A stretch of 64,000 bases of DNA, taken from assembly GCF_006345805.1 (NCBI RefSeq), contig NC_042997.1, positions 33,728,001 through 33,792,000 on the forward strand, given 5' to 3'. A model generated the notes under the pieces. It had not been told where the DNA came from. It saw nothing but the letters and a program-made list of their open reading frames with translations, and ran no database searches. Below, one piece after another: positions 51,051 through 63,687 of the stretch. The position numbers and the translations under genes are program-made. Within the stretch, counting starts at the first letter, position 1; every line of letters begins with the position of its first letter. The stretch comes from Octopus sinensis. Its lineage: Eukaryota.

Positions 51051-51578
51051 GTATGTATGTATGTATGTATGTATGTCTGTCTGTCTGTATGTATGCATGC
51101 ATGCATATGCACGTATGTATATGTATGTGTGTAGATGTGTCTGCATGTGTGTATAAGCGTATGCACATGTAAATGTATGTTTATGTACTGATATGTGTAG
51201 TTTCAGTTAAATTTTTCCTGCATCACTTGCTACACCTCCATGTTGCTGCGGTGTGTGCAGCATTGTGTATTCTTTTTTGCTGTTGGGAGAATGCAAACTC
51301 TTCCTGGTATTGTATTGCATCTGTTTGTTTTGTTATGGGGTCTAGTTGCAGTCTTTTGTTGTATTAGTGTCTGTATTTTGTGTTCTTTATGTAATGTGAG
51401 TTGTGTTCTTCTGTTGGGTATTGGACCTGCTGGTGGTTGTTTATTTAATTGGACATTTGCTATATAATGTGTCTCTTGTGTTTGTGGATTGTTTTGTTTG
51501 GGTTGTGTTATTGAATTGATAGTGTCTCCCATAGGATGTGGGCTGTTCCTAGCATGTGTAATATCATGATAATATGAA

Positions 51579-52855
51579 CATAAAAGATTTTTCACTAAAA
51601 TTTTGTAACGATCTTTTGGGCTGACTGTTAATTTAAACATTTTGTCTCTTTCTTTTTTGCCTCTGAACTTTACATAAGAATTAAAATCCACGAAAACAAG
51701 GTAGATTTGTCAAAAGAAAGTATTGCATAAAATAGATACATACAAATTAAGTAATGCTTATTTTAAAGGAACGTTATCAAGTCTTTTGAAGCCATACATT
51801 TTTAAAATTCAGAAAATTTCAATTTTCAGTGGAAATCGACTGAATTCAAAGGGCTATTCCACTGGCAGGTTTTTGTCGCAACATTTTCTTTTTGAGAAAT
51901 AACTTGCTCTCTATTGTATTTCAACATCTGCTTGGAACTGTAAATGGTTGTATCACTCGGATTTCTCAAAGTTTGATATATATATATCATCATCATCATC
52001 GTTTAACGTCCGTTTTCCGCGCTAGCATGGGTTGGACGGTTCGACCGGGGATCTGGGAAGCCAGAAGGCTGCACCAGGCTCTGGTCTTATCTGGCAATGT
52101 TTCTACAGCTGGATGCCCTTCCTAACGCCAACTACTCCGTGAGTGTAGTGGGTGCTTTTTATGTGCCACCTGCACTGGTGCCAGGCGAGGCTGGCATCGG
52201 CCCATAAAAGCTTTTTCACTAAAATTTTGTAACAATCTTTTGGGCTGACTGTTAATTTAAACATTTTGTCTCTTTCTTTTTTGCCTCTGAACTTTACATA
52301 AGAATTAAAATCCATGAAAACAAGGTAGATTTGTCAAAAGAAAGTATTGCATAAAATAGATACATACAAATTAAGTAATGCTTATTTTAAAGGAACGTTA
52401 TCAAGTCTTTTGAAGCCATACATTTTTAAAATTCAGAAAATTTCAATTTTCAGTGGAAATCAACTGAATTCAAAGGGCTATTCCACTGGCAGGTTTTTTT
52501 CTCAACAGTTATTTTTTTTGAGAAATAACTTGCTCTCTATTGTATTTCAACATCTGCTTGGAACTGTAAATGGTTGTATCACTTGGATTTCTCAAAGTTT
52601 GATATATATATATATATATCATCATCATCATCATCATCATCGTTTAACGTCCGGTTTCTGCGCTAGCACGGGTTGGACGGTTCGACCGGGGTCTGGGAAG
52701 CCAGGGGCTGCACTAGGCTCCAGTCTGATCTGGCAGTGTTTCTACAGCTGGATGCCCTTCCTAATTCCAACCACTCCGCGAGTGTAGTGGGTGCTTTTTA
52801 CGTGCCACCTGCACAGGTGCCAGGGGAGTCTGGCATTGGCCACGATCGGTTGGTG
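51579..52855. repeat. ~410-bp direct duplication (51579-51987, 52203-52619), each copy followed by an RTE-B 3' end (-)
   Basis: Near-identical copies starting CATAAAAG, period 624 bp. Confidence 0.9.
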
Positions 52856-54133
52856 CATATATCTTTTAAATTTGTTTATGGGAAACTTTTATAAATTCCA
52901 ACCTAGGATTATTGTTGTTATTACTATACATACATACATACATACATACACACACACTCACACACACATATAAATATACATAAATGTTGAATGATGAAAA
53001 TGTGTGCTCAGCACTGCATTGGTGGATATAATTTCTTTATTTGTGAGTTAAGGCTACCATTGGTTTCATGTTAAGAAAAATAGGAAAACATCCTCATGTC
53101 TAAACAATTTCTGAAGCCAATCACATGGAGAAAGGTGTTTGCCTCCATTTTGGAAAACACAGCCATTTTGGAGTCTGAGTTCTGCAAAAGCGATGGATAA
53201 AATAAGTACCAGACTACCAGGCTTGATCTATCTGACAAACCCTTCAAGGCAGTGCTATAGCATGGTCGTAATCCAATGACTAAACAGTTAAAACAATAAA
53301 AAAATAAAAAAAGTTGTCCCTGGAGTTGTTCCAAAAATTTAAAAACAACAACAAGGGAGAGAACTCCAACAACATCAGCTACTTGAAGTTTTTTTAAAAA
53401 TAAAGATGATAAGAGCTAGGAGTGGAACTTTTGTCTTTAGAACTAACTGATGTCAGCAACTCAACTTACATTCATTAAAAGTCAGCCTCTAACTATCTGT
53501 TAAAAGTTAACTTTTAAGGTTATTTGAAAAGATATTAGTTGTTTTTTTTTTACTATCATCATTTCATATTTGGAAGTGGGAAGAAAAACAACCTCCTCCC
53601 AACATTTTTTTGGCCATTTTATTATTTTATTTTTGTCTGTCTTTTCTTGTAAAGTAACTGCTATTTATTCAGCTTTTATTGTATCCCATGGTTTCTGAGG
53701 TCTACAAGGTCTCCGCATTCACACTGTCATTGATTTCAGTTTAAGAGCTGTTTGTTTTTTGTTCTCATAAATTGCTCTCGTATTCTTCAACTCCCCTCAG
53801 TTTACCTAATTGGAAATAACAGTGCCAAGTCAAATAGATAGATGGGTAACAAAAGAGGGCGGAAACAATCAACAAACTAAAGTCTGGGGAAACTAGTCAT
53901 GATTTTTGTTTCCCCTCCTTCTCTCAATCTAAAAAAAAAGTTTATAAAACTCATAAAATAATTCTACAGCATAAGTTCCTGTCACATATGAGATGTCTGA
54001 GACATTTGTTTTGATATTTTGGGAAAATTGAAAACAGGCCACATCTGAAGTGTCAGAACACATTTCTCTGTATGGTGTACAAATTTATTTCATAAATTTT
54101 ATATAGATGAGTGTTTAGTAACTTGCTATATTG

Positions 54134-54358
54134 CTGAGCTGGCAGAAACGTCAGCACGCCGGGCGAAATGCGTAGCCGTATTTCATCTGCCGTTACGTTC
54201 TGTGTTCAAATTCTGCAAGGTCAACTTTGCCTTTCATCCTTTCGAGGTCAATAAATAAAGTACCGGTTATGCACTGGGGTCGATGTAATCGACTTAATCC
54301 CTTTCTCTGTCTTTGTTTGTCCCCTCTATGTTTAGCCCCTTGTGGGCAATAAAGAAAT
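54134..54358 (+). mobile_element. SINE-D
   Basis: Homologous to 23726-23956. Confidence 0.85.
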
Positions 54359-56393
54359 ATATATTGCTATATCATGTGATCACATGATCAATCAGGCTAT
54401 CAGATGTTGTTACACATCGCTGGTCACAATGTGCTTTTGCATTGTTTTAGCCTTCAAATGATGCTGCCCTGCTGGCTAGGTGAGCATGTTAACATTCTCC
54501 TCTGATCAAAGGAGCAATTTGAAATGAATTTTTTTGTTTAAAGACACAATGCACCGCCCAGTCAAGGAATTGAACTCATGACCCAGCAATTGTGAGTGCA
54601 ACAGTCTAATCACTAGGTCACATGCCTTCGCACTTAATATATAATACAATAAAATCATAATAATTTAAGAAAAATGATGCAGGCATGGGGCAATCTTTTT
54701 TGAGGAGCGGGCTGCAGAAGACATGTCTCATCATCAGGTAAGCTGCACTGCTAAGAAAAAAAAATTCAAGGTAACATTTAGTTAGGTGTACCATTCGGAA
54801 TGTCCCATGAGCTGCAGTTTACCTGTGAATGTTACAATGAATGAGGGAGGTCAGACTGTGGGATTTTCATGATATATCAATGAGGAAACAAACATATTTC
54901 ATTTTTATTTTACTGGCTGATTATGACCTTATTGCTGTTGCTACTCAGCATCAGGTCAAATCTACTTGAGCAAGCCTTGATCACAGGCATTCCATCCATG
55001 ACCATGCTGTATTTTTGGGATCGGTAAAATTTCATTATTCAGTGCTTCTTATCCTTTCCCAAGATGGTTGGGCATGATTTGAGGTAATCTGGCTGCTGCT
55101 ACTTCTAGGAGGTCAAATAACCATGTAAAAGCTCCCTCATTGGTTCCCTTGTTTGTGTGTTATTCTGACCTAGCAAGTGGTTGTGGTTTGTGCAAATTTG
55201 GCTATCAGCCTTGTAGTTCAATGATCATGGTTTGTTATTCCATAGCAACAGGGCATACTGTTCCTTATTAAAGCAATTAACTCTCACCAAACTAGTTCAT
55301 CTATTTATAGAATCCTAGATTACATAACTTTAACAGCTTGTGAGCATTAATGGATGTGGTTGTGCCTTGTTGTTAGCACTGCAATATCCCTACAAATAAA
55401 GCTAATGCTGCATGTCCTATCACTGGCACTGAAGTGTTACCATGATCATGTTGATATTTAATGTCCTGTTTCGTAGTGCCATTGCAATGTCACTATTAGT
55501 CAATTTGACATTTCATGTTGCACAATTGACACTGCAACATCCCTTTGATCAAATTGACAATTGACACAATGTCATTGACTCTAATGTTACAATGAGTTGG
55601 AACTTGATGTCTTGTCATTGACATTTCACTCTAGTCATGAACCAAGTTGACACTCCATATAGTATTGACACTCTACTGTTACTTTGAGAAAGTTGGCAGT
55701 TCATTACTTGTCATTGACACTGCAATGTCTCCATGACCAAATTGACTAGTTATGTTTTGGTAGATACTGCAGGACCTTTAACTCATCAATGACCAAATCC
55801 AAGAAGTTGAAATTTGTTTTCTGTGCATGCAGCAGTACTATAGCTTAACTTGCACTGCTGTTGGAATAAAATCCTCCTCTCCTCCAAGAGAGAAAGATTT
55901 TATTCCAACAGAATTTGAACATAGGATGAGGGAGCAATTTATCCCTCATCTGTTTAAAGCTAAATGTAGAGCCCTTGTACAGAATATACAATAACATTCA
56001 ATTATGTGATTACCTTAAAAATACATAAATGTAGAAGCATTGAAAAATATATAAATAAACTATCTAGCTGTAAATTGAAGCAAATGCAGCTATGAAAAAA
56101 TAGTTTATAATATATCAGATTAAAAAACTGCTTGAATGGAAAAAAGAAAAAACAACCCCAAAAAGCTGAAAGCTACGCATGGGACTTGAACTCCACATAG
56201 TATTTTTGTATTAAAATGCCGTTTTGGTATCATGACAATTGAGAAGAAATGTAATACATTTTTCAATGTGTGAAAAGTATTTTAAGTCTGGTGGAAACAC
56301 TAAGGCTGGGGCGAAGTCAGTATACAAACCTTCAGCCCCCAAATCCAACTTTTCAATTTATTGCATACCCAACTCCAACACTATTCAAAGTAT

Positions 56394-56980
56394 AGGTGCA
56401 GCTGTGTGGTAAGAAGTTTGATTCTCAGCATCATGGTTTCAGGTTCAATCCCACTTTGTGGCACCTTGGGCAAGCCTCGTGAGTGGATTTGGTAGATGGA
56501 AACTGAAAGAAGCCTAGACACCAACCGATCGTGGCTGTTTGCCAGCCTCCTCTGGCCCCTGTGCCGGTGGCATGTAAAAAGCTCCCACTACACTCACAGT
56601 GTGGTTGGTGTTAGGAAGGGCATCAAGCTGTAGAAACACTGCCAGATCAGACTGGAGCCTGGTGCAGCCTCCTGGCTTCTCGGACCCTGATTGAACCGTT
56701 CAGCCCATGCTAGCATGGAAAACGGACGTTAAATGATGATGATGATGATGATATATATGTGTGTGTGTGTGTGTGTGTGTCCAGCCCCACAACTTGGCAA
56801 CTGGTGTTGGTGTGTTTATGTTCCTGTCACTTAGCGGTTCAACAAAAAATACTGATAGAATAAGTACCAGGCTTTAAAAAAAAATATATACTGGGGGTCG
56901 ATTTATTCGACTAAAATCCTTCAAGGCAGTGCTCCAGCATGGCCGTGGTCTAATGACTGAAACAAGTCAACGATAAAAGA
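56394..56980 (+). mobile_element. SINE-A interrupted by RTE-B end (56519-56752)
   Basis: Head, RTE tail, then SINE body. Confidence 0.8.
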
Positions 56981-57555
56981 TAGTATCACCAACACCATCT
57001 CCTTGTTTCATGGTATCACCAACTCTAACTTCTCAGTTTGTAATTAGACTTCTCACGTGTTTTTTTTATATTGATTGAAAGCACATAACATTCAGAGATA
57101 TTGTAAACTATCAGGTTAGTTTTTAATACCCTAACCTGTAAAAATTTGGGTTTAAAGGCTATAGCTTTGCCTTTGTAGCATTTTTGTTTTGTATTATTCA
57201 TTAAAGAATTTACAAACAATTAAGCATATAACAAAAAAAAAAACACAGAAAAAAAAAAAAGAGGCTGTTTTTATCAAAAGGCTACAAAGTGAAAAGGATA
57301 TCAAAGAAATCAACTATAAAAATACTATAAAAAGAAAATCAGGAACATCTCTGTTTACCATTTCAAAAATTGTCAAGTACATCAAAGTTAAAACTGAAAA
57401 AAAGTGAACACCTAAAGCAACTTAACAAATGACCATTTAAAAGAAATAAACTCAATTAGATACATAACCCTTCCTTTTAAAGATTAAAGCATTGTTTGAA
57501 TATAAAATTTAAGTAGATGTAACATGAAAGATTATGTTAAATGAGATGATACATA

Positions 57556-57960
57556 GGCGCAGGAGTGGCTGTGTGGTAAGTAGCTTGTTTACCAACCACA
57601 TGGTTCTGGGTTCAGTCCCACTGCGTGGCATCTTGGGCAAGTGTCTTCTACTATAGCCTCGGGCCGACCAAAGCCTTGTGAGTGGATTTGGTAGACGGAA
57701 ACTGAAAGAAGCCCGTCGTATATATGTATATATATATATGTATGCGTGTGTGTGTTTGTGTGTCTGTGTTTGTCCCCCTAGCATTGCTTGACAACCGATG
57801 CTGGTGTGTTTATGTCCCCGTTACTTAGCGCTTTGGCAAAAGAGACCGATAGAATAAGTACTGGGCTTACAAAAGAATAAGTCCCGGGGTCGAATTGCTC
57901 GATCAAAGGCGGTGCTCCAGCATGGCCGCAGTCAAATGACTGAAACAAGTAAAAGAGTAA
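57556..57960 (+). mobile_element. Full-length SINE-A
   Basis: Canonical copy. Confidence 0.9.
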
Positions 57961-58448
57961 ATATATATATATAGTACATTGTATTGGTTTATTATAGGTG
58001 CAGTATAGGAAAGTTAGGTTCTCTTGACTTCACAGTCACAAGGCCCCAGGTTTGATCCATCTGAGTGGCATCTTGAGCAGGCGTCATTTTTATAATTGTG
58101 GCTCAGTATGCCACTTACTAATTCATTGAATCTGGTAAGATCGGTAGATTAAAACAGCTGGAAAGTCATGGCCAGAAATTCTGATTGAGATCCATTATGT
58201 GTGTATGTGTGCGCACGCACGCACATATGTATATATGTGTGTCTATGTGTGTGTATATGTATGTGTGTGTGCATATGTATATAATTTCATCTCTTGTATT
58301 TATTGTATATTAACATAGCAAGTCCATAAAAGATGTTATCTCTGGACAAATATTGCTGTAACTGGGCCATCAACAGTGTATATACATTAAATATGACACA
58401 CAAAAGGTTATTTTATGTGAATACTGCCTCATTTGCATATATCAGATA

Positions 58449-58603
58449 GGCGCAGAAGTGGCTGTGTGGTAGCTTGCTTACTAACCACATGGTTCCGGGT
58501 TCAGTCCCATTGCATGGCACCTTGGGCAAGTGTCTTCTACTATAGCTTCGGGCTGACCAAAGCCTTGTGAGTGGATTTGGTAGACGGAAACTGAAAGAAG
58601 CTC
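58449..58603 (+). mobile_element. SINE-A head only
   Basis: Homology ends before the microsatellite. Confidence 0.8.
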
Positions 58604-58964
58604 ATCACCTTGTATCTCTTCTACAGCAAGACACCTAATTCTGACCCTCTGTTATCGTTTATCTCCTCAGTTGAGGAATATTTGTTTTGCAAGTTACTTG
58701 GTGACCTTTCTGGTGCTGGTGTCATGCAAAAAGCATCCAATATACTCTGTAAAGTGATTAGCATAAGGAAGGGCATCCTGCTATAGAAAAAGCCATGCCA
58801 AAGCTGCCTGCAGAGCTTGGTGTAGCCGTCTTGCTTGCCAGCTCCTGTCAAACCATCCAATCCATTCCAGCATGGAAAACGATGGGCCTCTTGAGGGCCT
58901 CTTGAAATTATATGGTTGGGAAGCAAACTTCTTAACACACAATCCTACTTGTGCCTACAATATA

Positions 58965-59345
58965 TCTCTCTCTATATAAAGCTGAAGTTGTCTGTGTATG
59001 GCAGGTTTGGTAACACTATCTCCTCTGAAACCCTGTGGTGTAAGTTGACCAAAATTGAGAGTATGCTAGAAGAAGGCTTGCTCTTCATTCCGCAGAAGAT
59101 AAAATTCAAATCGGACCATGTTAACACCAAAAATTATTTACATCAAAAAGGTGCTTTTTTTCTATGAAATTCCCTATTTTTTACAATTTTTTGACTGCAG
59201 TGTTGCCATTTTTCGGGTTATTTCAACCAGAAAAATGTTCACTTAAAGAGAATAACAAGCTACATAATGCAAAATGTTTACTTTTTAAAAATTCCAATTC
59301 TAAAGGGTCGAAACAAACCTGAGCAACGCTGGGTGATACTGCTAG
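58965..59345 (+). mobile_element. Non-autonomous Helitron
   Basis: A|TC 5' end; 3' CCTGAGCAACGCTGGG..ATACTGCTAG|T, same terminus as 21112-21506. Confidence 0.75.
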
Positions 59346-59372
59346 TATATATATATATATATATATATATAT

Positions 59373-59508
59373 GGCGTTAGGAAGGGCATCCAGCTGTAGA
59401 AACACTGCCAGATCTGACTGGGCCTGATGAAGCCTTCCAGCTTCACAGACCCCAGTTGAACCGTCCAACCCATGCTAGCATGGAAAACGGACGCTAAATG
59501 ATGATGAT
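59373..59508 (+). mobile_element. RTE-B 3' end
   Basis: Family B terminus between (TA)n tracts. Confidence 0.8.
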
Positions 59509-60449
59509 ATATATATATATATATATGGATGTCTGTTGAACTTGTTTCCCTATTAATATGCTGACCAAAATAGACATAATATAGAAACTAGGAAAGAAAA
59601 AAAGACTAAATGAAACAAAATTGTTTGTTTATAATACAGTTGTCAAAACATGCAAAATATTTCTAATGCATCAATCAGAACAAGATTTTTGCAGAGGAGA
59701 TTTAACAGTGATTGATACAAACATAACACAACAATTGAGAAACAAGGAGAGAAAAAAACAAAGTAAAGTAAGTGAAATGACGTGTCTTATAAATGCTAAA
59801 ACAAGCAAGAATGGGAGAAAATATTTAAAGAAATATGATTTCTTTTATATAGGAAAGGAATTTTCTCATAAAACAGCTGGGGGCTTAGATGCATTAGAGC
59901 AAAGTGATTAGTTTGGTCTTTTAAAAATAATTTTCAAATCAAGGCAAATTTAGCCAAAATTTTTAATCACTTGCATCAGTGAAATCCTAATATCACTTTT
60001 AGTTTTAAAAATGAGTTAAAATCAATATGAGCCATGAAAATATTAAAATTTCAGCTTTTCAGTTGACTTTTCAATATTGTTTTTGCATAATGCAAATATA
60101 GTTGCGAGAAAAAAAAAACAAAAATGTAAATTGAATAAAATGAAGTCAAAATTTTCTTTATTAGTTATTAAAATTTAGTAGGTAATTTGATCAATTATGG
60201 AAGAAAGCATAAAGAAGTTCACATTATGAGTTGCTGCTTAGCCCCAGGTCAACTCGGTTTGAACAGAACTATGATCAAATGGGGTCCCACCATCTTTTCT
60301 TTATTTTCGAGATTACACTGTCCATTGCATCCTGATTTCTTTAAGACAGTTGGTGTGATTTGAAGAAGTTTCATTGCTGTTTCTAGCAAGCTGAGTGATC
60401 ATGTAGAGGCTATTCTGTTTGCTTGTCCTTTATGAGTTCTATGTAGTAT

Positions 60450-60771
60450 TCTTTTACTCTTTCACTTGTTTCAGTCATTCGACTGCGGCCATGCTGGAGC
60501 ACCGCCTTTTAGTCGAGCAAATCGACTCCCAGGACTTATTCTTTGTAAGCCTAGTACTTATTCTATCAGTCTCTTTTGCCGAACTGCTAAGTAACGGGAC
60601 GTAAACGTACTAGCATTGGTTGTCAAGCGATGTTGGGGGGACAAACACAGCCGAAATTGCGAGGATGATCCGGTTCTTGACTGAAGATTGAAGGCTTCGA
60701 ATGTCACGTCCGTGTTTTTTGTATCGTCTTCTAAATGTTTTGCGTTCTTGTCCCAGTTTGTATTTTTTTAC

Positions 60772-60829
<58 letters not shown>

Positions 60830-60991
60830 GACAGGATTCTTTCAGTTTTCGTCTACCAAATCCACTCACAAGGCTTTGGTCGGCCCGAGGCTATAGTAGA
60901 AGACACTTTCCCAAGGTGCCATGCAGTGGGACTGAACCTGGAACTGTGTGGTTGGTAAGCAAGCTACTTACCACACAGCCACTCCTGCGCC
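60450..60991 (-). mobile_element. SINE-A with ~120-bp foreign insert (60650-60770)
   Basis: Body 60450-60649, head 60829-60991. Confidence 0.85.
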
Positions 60992-61265
60992 TGTACAGTT
61001 TATGTTATGGAATATGACATTATACAAACATTGGTGTTAGTAATTCTGTTACTGGCTTAAGTTGTTGGACTGTGGCCATGTGGGAGCACCATTGCCTTCT
61101 AGGTTTTCAGATCATATTGACTCCAATATTTATTTTAGTACTAGCATTTTAGTACACATATATATATGTGTATATATATGTGTACATATTACATGTACAT
61201 CTATATATATACATCTACATACAAAATACAAAGTTATATCTTGATATCGCTAGTGATAACAATAC

Positions 61266-61620
61266 TTAAAATATATAACAGACTGGAATTGTAAGCCCGT
61301 CTCTTGCTATTTTGATCAATTGTATCTTGTCCTCCCTCTTGTATAGAAGTGTGGCTACAATCCAGCCTACCTCAACTTCGGGGGGGGGGGCATTTATAAT
61401 TTTTATCTGGCACGTCCTACGTCCCAGATATAAAGGTAAAATAAAATATTTCCACTTTGTAAGTTTGAGTCGAGTACTCCCTTGCACACTCCGTTGACTC
61501 GAACCTTGCTTCTATTGTGGCGAATTTACCGCCTCTGGTTAGATATCTTTCATAGTCGCACCAAGACACTTTTCGATGGTGCTTTCCTTCAGGTGTTCAA
61601 ATCTTCTTTTTTCTCTACAT
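61266..61620 (-). pseudogene. Possible L1/Tx1-type ORF1 remnant
   Basis: Frameshifted EARFESTECAREYST..LPLYLGRRTCQIKIINAPP.EVEVGWIVATLL; assignment from resemblance only. Confidence 0.3.
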
Positions 61621-61881
61621 TGTATACTTTATAGACAATAATCTTTTCTTTAATTTAATTTTTTATAATCCATCTGGACTATTCCATTTCTGCATGCTGA
61701 TTTTATTTTTAATTTATTCCCATTCATGTGAAACCACTTATTCAAGTTCAAGTCATTGATGCAATTTTATAGCAATTGCTATTTTTACTTTTGTTATGTT
61801 ACGATTATATTATACTTTAGTTTGATTTCAATTATTACTTACTACATATAATTCAATAGTTATTATTACTTTTATTGTTAA

Positions 61882-62101
61882 CCCTTTCGTTACTAGCCCG
61901 GCTGAAACCGGCCCTAGCTCTGTAGTACAAATGTCTTGTTTTCATAAGTTTTGAATAAAAATCTTTCACCAAACCTTAGTCACAATTTATGTTTCTAACA
62001 CTAACTTAATGATAACTAAGTTATTTTACTAAACTCTTTCTTATATTTAAAATAATTGAGAGAAAAACAGAGAATCTCAAAATAAATACAGTAATGAAAG
62101 G
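61882..62101. mobile_element. piggyBac-type MITE family P2
   Basis: TTAA-CCCTTTCGTTAC start; right end clipped. Confidence 0.8.
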
Positions 62102-62510
62102 ATAGTGAAAGTATCTGACATAAAATAGAGAAATGTTTTTGTTTCACTTTTAACACGTAATACTGAAATAGTGGAGAAGATATGATATTGCTATGGGCTC
62201 GCTCTAGGCAAGAAGTTGAACATTTTTTTTGCCCATGAAACTACATGGACCCTAAGTAAGGCATGTGTAAAATTTCGAATGAAATTGGTTGTGTAGTTCT
62301 CAAGTTTTAGGGAATTGTAGTGGAGAAGATATGATATTGCTGTGTGCTCGCCCTAGGCAAAAAGTTAAAAAATTTTTTGGCGACGACACTTCTCAGACCC
62401 TAAGTAAGGCATGTGTAAAATTTGAATGAAATTGGTTGTGTAGTTCTCAAGCTTTAGGGAAACACACAGACAGACAGACACACATTCTCAGTTTTATATA
62501 TATATAGAGA
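62102..62510 (-). mobile_element. Helitron-like 5' fragment with internal 149-bp tandem duplication
   Basis: A|TC start on minus strand; TAGTGGAGAAGATATGATATTGCT at 62169 and 62318. Confidence 0.6.
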
Positions 62511-63012
62511 TGGTATTTATTTTACTGTATCTGTTTATGAAAATAATCTAGTTACCAAGGGATGCAGCTTGATGCATCAGTTTTCACTGGTATATATATA
62601 CATGCATGCACACTCTTTGGTTTTAACAAATATGAGAAAAAGTATGCAGTCCCAAAGGAGAATTTAATAGTTTACATAGGCTAATTCGGTAACCTGTTGC
62701 TCTGGAGTTTCCTTTCTCGTGTTGATTTTTCAGACAGGAATAGACTGGATGATGGGGTGAAATATTACTGCAATGATGAATAGACTTGGACACATGACTG
62801 GCTGAATTCACAAGCTGGTTTTTTGACTGGGGCGGTCAATCTAGGAAAACCACAAGATGAGGAAGTGAGAGAAAGGAATTACTTTAGTAATTCTTGGTAT
62901 TGATCATCTCTCTTCCTTTCATGCTAAGCAGCCATTAGTCTGCTTGTGTGTATGCGTAGGTGTGTGTGTGTGTGTGTGTGTTAGAGATGGAGGGAGAGAA
63001 GAATTATTATTT

Positions 63013-63501
63013 ACCGATGCCAGCACCGCCTCGACTGGCTTCTGTGCCGGTGGCACATAAAAAGCACCATCTGAACGTGGCCGATGCCAGCACCGCCTCG
63101 ACTGGCTTCTGTGCCGGTGGCACATAAAAAGCACCATCCGAACGTGGCCGATGCCAGCACCGCCTCGACTGGCTTCTGTGCCGGTGGCACATAAAAAGCA
63201 CCATCCGAACGTGGCCGATGCCAGCACCGCCTCGACTGGCTTCTGTGCAGGTGGCACGTAAAAAGCACCAACTGATCGTGGCCGATGCCAGACCCCTCTG
63301 GCACCTGTGCAGGTGGCACGTAAAAAGCACCCACTACACTCGCGGAGTGGTTGGCGTTAGGAAGGGCATCCAGCTGTAGAAACACTGCCAGATCAGACTG
63401 GAGCCTGGAGCAGCCCCTGGCTTCCCAGACCCCGGTCGAACCGTCCAACCCGTGCTAGCGCGGAAAACGGATGTTAAACGATGATGATGATGATGATGAT
63501 G
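63013..63501 (+). mobile_element. Young RTE-B 3' UTR with 67-bp tandem array
   Basis: Units start at 63014, 63081, 63148, 63215, 63282; (GAT)n tail; another short tail at 63586-63687. Confidence 0.85.
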
Positions 63502-63655
63502 AAGCCTACCTTAACCTCCTGTTCCTGCTACCTTTTTCTTTTTCTTTTTGCCCACTTCTCATATCACTTCAGCTGGTGGCCTGTCATCAGCCTTCTGGCC
63601 TCCCAGACCCCAGTTGAACCGTCCAACCCATGCTAGCATGGAAAGCGGATGCTAA

Positions 63656-63687
<32 letters not shown>

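Noticed and set aside
51230-51691. 153-aa ORF as a host gene
   Set aside because: Low-complexity, no recognisable domain, upstream frame has stops; more likely a TE remnant.
60678-60710. Hammerhead at CTGAAGA..GAAT
   Set aside because: No GAAA core half and no convincing stems I/III.
63013-63335. CRISPR-like repeat-spacer appearance
   Set aside because: Spacers are homologous to each other, the array lies in a LINE 3' UTR, the context is eukaryotic and there are no cas genes.
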